In this document: piece after piece, positions 29,132 through 32,000 of the stretch | How positions within the stretch are numbered: position 1 is the stretch's first letter | Layout: the number at the start of each line of letters is the position of its first letter | NCBI RefSeq assembly: GCF_000018785.1 | Contig: NC_010163.1 | Location: forward strand, 150,001 to 182,000 | Origin: Acholeplasma laidlawii PG-8A | Lineage (GTDB): Bacteria; Bacillota_I; Bacilli_A; Acholeplasmatales; Acholeplasmataceae | Length of the DNA stretch: 32,000 bases | Reading direction: 5' to 3' | Translations under genes and position numbers: made by a program | Notes under the pieces: model-generated | What the model was told of the DNA's origin: nothing | The model's input: the letters and a program-made list of their open reading frames with translations, nothing else | The model's database searches: none

Positions 29132-31204
29132 ATGCCACGTCAATATTCATTAAAAATGACTCGTAATATCGGCATCATGGCACACATTGATGCTGGTAAG
29201 ACGACTACAACTGAGCGTATTTTATTCCATACCGGTAAAATCCATAAAACAGGTGAGACACACGATGGTGCATCTCAAATGGACTGGATGGCTCAAGAAC
29301 AAGAGCGCGGTATTACAATTACCTCTGCAGCTACAACCTCTGTGTGGAGAGATCACAGAGTAAACATCATCGATACCCCGGGTCACGTTGACTTCACAGT
29401 TGAAGTGTCTCGTTCATTACGTGTATTAGATGGCGCTGTAACTGTCATTGATGCTCAAGCGGGTGTTGAACCTCAAACAGAAACTGTTTGGCGTCAAGCA
29501 ACCGAATATAAAGTACCAAGAATTGTTTATGTAAACAAAATGGATAAAATTGGTGCTGATTTCAATAACGCTATTAAAACGTTACATAGACGTTTAGGTG
29601 TTAAAGCAAACGCGATTCAATTACCTATTGGTACTGAATTAGACTTCAGCGGGATTATCGACTTAGTCACAATGACTGCAGTTGAATATTCTGGTGATGC
29701 ACTAGAAACAACAAAAGAAATTCCAATTCCTGCACATTTAGAAGAACAAGCAATCGATATGAGAAATGAACTTATCGAAGCTGTTGCAGAATTTGATGAT
29801 GAATTAATGGTTACATACCTTGAAGGTGAAGAAGTTTCAGTAGAATTACTAAAACGCGCAATCAGAAAAGGTGTACTAGCTGTTGAATTCTTCCCGGTTG
29901 TTGCTGGATCAAGTTTTAAAAACAAGGGTGTTAGAAAAGTGTTGGATGCAGTTATTGATTACTTACCTTCACCACTTGATATTCCACCAGTACTTGGTCA
30001 TACATCAGAAGGTGTCGAAGTATATCGTCACGCTGATGATGAAGAACCATTTACAGCTTTAGCATTCAAAGTCATGACTGACCCATTTGTTGGTAAGTTA
30101 ACATTCTTTAGAGTTTACTCAGGTAAAATCAAGAGTGGTTCATACGTACAAAACACAACAAAAGGTGAACGCGAAAGATTTGGTCGTATCTTACAAATGC
30201 ACGCAAATACACGTCAAGAAATTGATGAAGTATATGCAGGTGATATCGCAGCTGCAGTTGGTTTAAAAGTTACTACTACAGGTAATACATTAGCAACACA
30301 AAATGATGATATTATCTTAGAAAGTATGAACTTCCCTGAACCAGTTATTGAAGTTGCTGTTGAACCAAAAACTAAGAATGACCAAGACAAAATGGGTCAA
30401 GCTTTAGCAAAACTTGCTGAAGAAGATCCAACATTCAAAACATATACAAATACTGAAACTGGCCAAACAATTATCGCTGGTATGGGTGAGTTACACTTAG
30501 ATATCCTAGTAGATCGTATGAAACGTGAATTCAAAGTTGAAGCAAACGTTACAGAACCTCAAGTATCTTACCGTGAAACATTAACTGTACCAAATGAAAT
30601 TGAAGCTAAGTTCATCCGTCAATCAGGTGGTCGTGGACAATACGGTCACGTTGTAATTGACTTTGAACCAAACCCAGGTAAAGGATTTGAATTCGTTGAC
30701 AAAATTGTTGGTGGGGTTATTCCAAGAGAATATATTCCATCCGTACAAAAAGGTTTAGAAGAAGCTTTAGGTGGCGGTATCCTTGCAGGGTTCCCTGTTG
30801 TTGATATTAAAGCTACATTAAAATTCGGTTCATACCACGATGTCGACTCCTCTGAAATGGCCTATAAAATTGCTGCAAGTATGGCATTAAAAGATGCTAA
30901 AAATAAAGCAAATGCTGTCATTTTAGAACCAATTATGGATGTTGAAGTTGTTACTCCAAATGATTATGTAGGTAACGTTATTGGTGATATCACAAGCCGT
31001 CGTGGACGCTTGGAAAGCCAAGAAGGTAGAGGAAATGCAATTTCTATTCGTGCCTTCGTACCACTATCAGAAATGTTTGGTTATGCAACATCACTAAGAT
31101 CTAACACTCAAGGTAGAGCAACATTCGTTATGCAATTTGATCACTTCGATAAAGTACCTAAGAGTATTCAAGAAGAAATCATTAAAAAACGTGGTTCAAA
31201 CTAA
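29132..31204 (+). CDS. fusA: Elongation factor G
   Basis: 690 aa: [58 protein letters not shown]. Confidence 0.99.
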   Translation: MPRQYSLKMTRNIGIMAHIDAGKTTTTERILFHTGKIHKTGETHDGASQMDWMAQEQERGITITSAATTSVWRDHRVNIIDTPGHVDFTVEVSRSLRVLDGAVTVIDAQAGVEPQTETVWRQATEYKVPRIVYVNKMDKIGADFNNAIKTLHRRLGVKANAIQLPIGTELDFSGIIDLVTMTAVEYSGDALETTKEIPIPAHLEEQAIDMRNELIEAVAEFDDELMVTYLEGEEVSVELLKRAIRKGVLAVEFFPVVAGSSFKNKGVRKVLDAVIDYLPSPLDIPPVLGHTSEGVEVYRHADDEEPFTALAFKVMTDPFVGKLTFFRVYSGKIKSGSYVQNTTKGERERFGRILQMHANTRQEIDEVYAGDIAAAVGLKVTTTGNTLATQNDDIILESMNFPEPVIEVAVEPKTKNDQDKMGQALAKLAEEDPTFKTYTNTETGQTIIAGMGELHLDILVDRMKREFKVEANVTEPQVSYRETLTVPNEIEAKFIRQSGGRGQYGHVVIDFEPNPGKGFEFVDKIVGGVIPREYIPSVQKGLEEALGGGILAGFPVVDIKATLKFGSYHDVDSSEMAYKIAASMALKDAKNKANAVILEPIMDVEVVTPNDYVGNVIGDITSRRGRLESQEGRGNAISIRAFVPLSEMFGYATSLRSNTQGRATFVMQFDHFDKVPKSIQEEIIKKRGSN

Positions 31205-31290
31205 TCCACTTCACAAAAAATTAGTAATATGATAAAATATCTATTGATAGGCTATTGTATTAATTAAAAATTATAGGAGGCTTTTGCGTT

Positions 31291-32000
31291 ATGGCAAAAC
31301 AAAAATTCGAAAGAACAAAACCACACGTTAACGTTGGAACAATCGGACACGTTGACCATGGTAAAACTACATTAACTGCTGCAATTACATCAGTACTTGC
31401 AGGAAAAGGTTTAGCTACAAAAAGAGATTATAACCAAATCGATGGTGCACCAGAAGAAAAAGCTCGTGGTATAACTATTAACGCATCTCACGTTGAGTAT
31501 GAAACTGTAAACAGACACTACGCTCACGTAGACTGCCCAGGTCACGCTGACTATGTTAAAAACATGATTACAGGTGCTGCTCAAATGGACGGTGCTATCT
31601 TAGTTGTTTCTGCAGCGGATGGTCCAATGCCACAAACTCGTGAACATATTCTTTTATCACGCCAAGTTGGGGTACCTAAATTAGTAGTATTCTTAAACAA
31701 AGCTGACTTAGTTGATGACGAAGAGTTATTAGACTTAGTTGAAATGGAAGTTAGAGAATTATTATCAGAATATGATTTCCCAGGAGATGATATTCCAGTA
31801 ATTAAAGGATCTGCTTTAGGCGCTTTAGAAGGTAAACCAGAATGGGTTGCTAAAGTTGAAGAATTAATGGATGCAGTTGATGCATACATCGATACTCCAT
31901 TACGTGCTACTGACAAACCATTTATGATGCCAGTTGAAGACGTATTCACAATTACAGGTCGTGGTACAGTTGCTACAGGACGTGTTGATCGTGGTATCGT
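31291..32000 (+). CDS. tuf: Elongation factor Tu, truncated at window edge
   Basis: [40 protein letters not shown]...[48 protein letters not shown]. Absent from the ORF track only because no stop is reached. Confidence 0.98.
   Translation, partial: MAKQKFERTKPHVNVGTIGHVDHGKTTLTAAITSVLAGKGLATKRDYNQIDGAPEEKARGITINASHVEYETVNRHYAHVDCPGHADYVKNMITGAAQMDGAILVVSAADGPMPQTREHILLSRQVGVPKLVVFLNKADLVDDEELLDLVEMEVRELLSEYDFPGDDIPVIKGSALGALEGKPEWVAKVEELMDAVDAYIDTPLRATDKPFMMPVEDVFTITGRGTVATGRVDRGI

Noticed and set aside
31581-31949. Minus-strand 122-aa ORF at the right end
   Set aside because: Antisense to tuf, whose conserved translation reads through to the window edge.
1-32000. Use of TGA as tryptophan (genetic code 4), considered because the gene content looks Mollicutes-like
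   Set aside because: TGA acts as a plausible stop at gene ends (for example 4400-4402 and the 14229-14231 ATGA overlap), and Trp is encoded by TGG, including in the 43-aa peptide. The 25191 ORF interruption is a TAG, so recoding would not fix it.

Overview
The window is a Mollicutes-like, low-GC chromosomal segment. Code-11 stops fit the gene boundaries, which suggests an Acholeplasma-type organism. The housekeeping core is a VOC protein and a DUF3267-type membrane protein on the minus strand, then rplK-rplA, L10 leader-rplJ-rplL, a ybxB/RsmC-like methyltransferase, rpoB, rpoC, a GNAT protein, a GGDEF diguanylate cyclase coupled to an S24/S26-like peptidase, adhE, and at the right edge rpsL-rpsG-fusA-tuf (tuf truncated). 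The accessory part, about 17.9-27.9 kb, is the most interesting. It has a 43-aa peptide ORF (17996-18127) that is missing from the ORF track and abuts a secreted multidomain protein. It also has an HprK-like P-loop kinase of the type seen in RiPP-like loci, translationally coupled to a GHL10-like surface protein. A lipoprotein and a frameshifted GHL10 paralog follow. The three large surface proteins share one module ('GASIR...LRFYA'). Other points worth checking are an N-terminal extension of RpoC carrying two alpha-CTD-like repeats, a candidate orphan small RNA at about 12597-12697, two L1-binding-site-like motifs around rplK, and a Gln at the RpoB position equivalent to E. coli His526.
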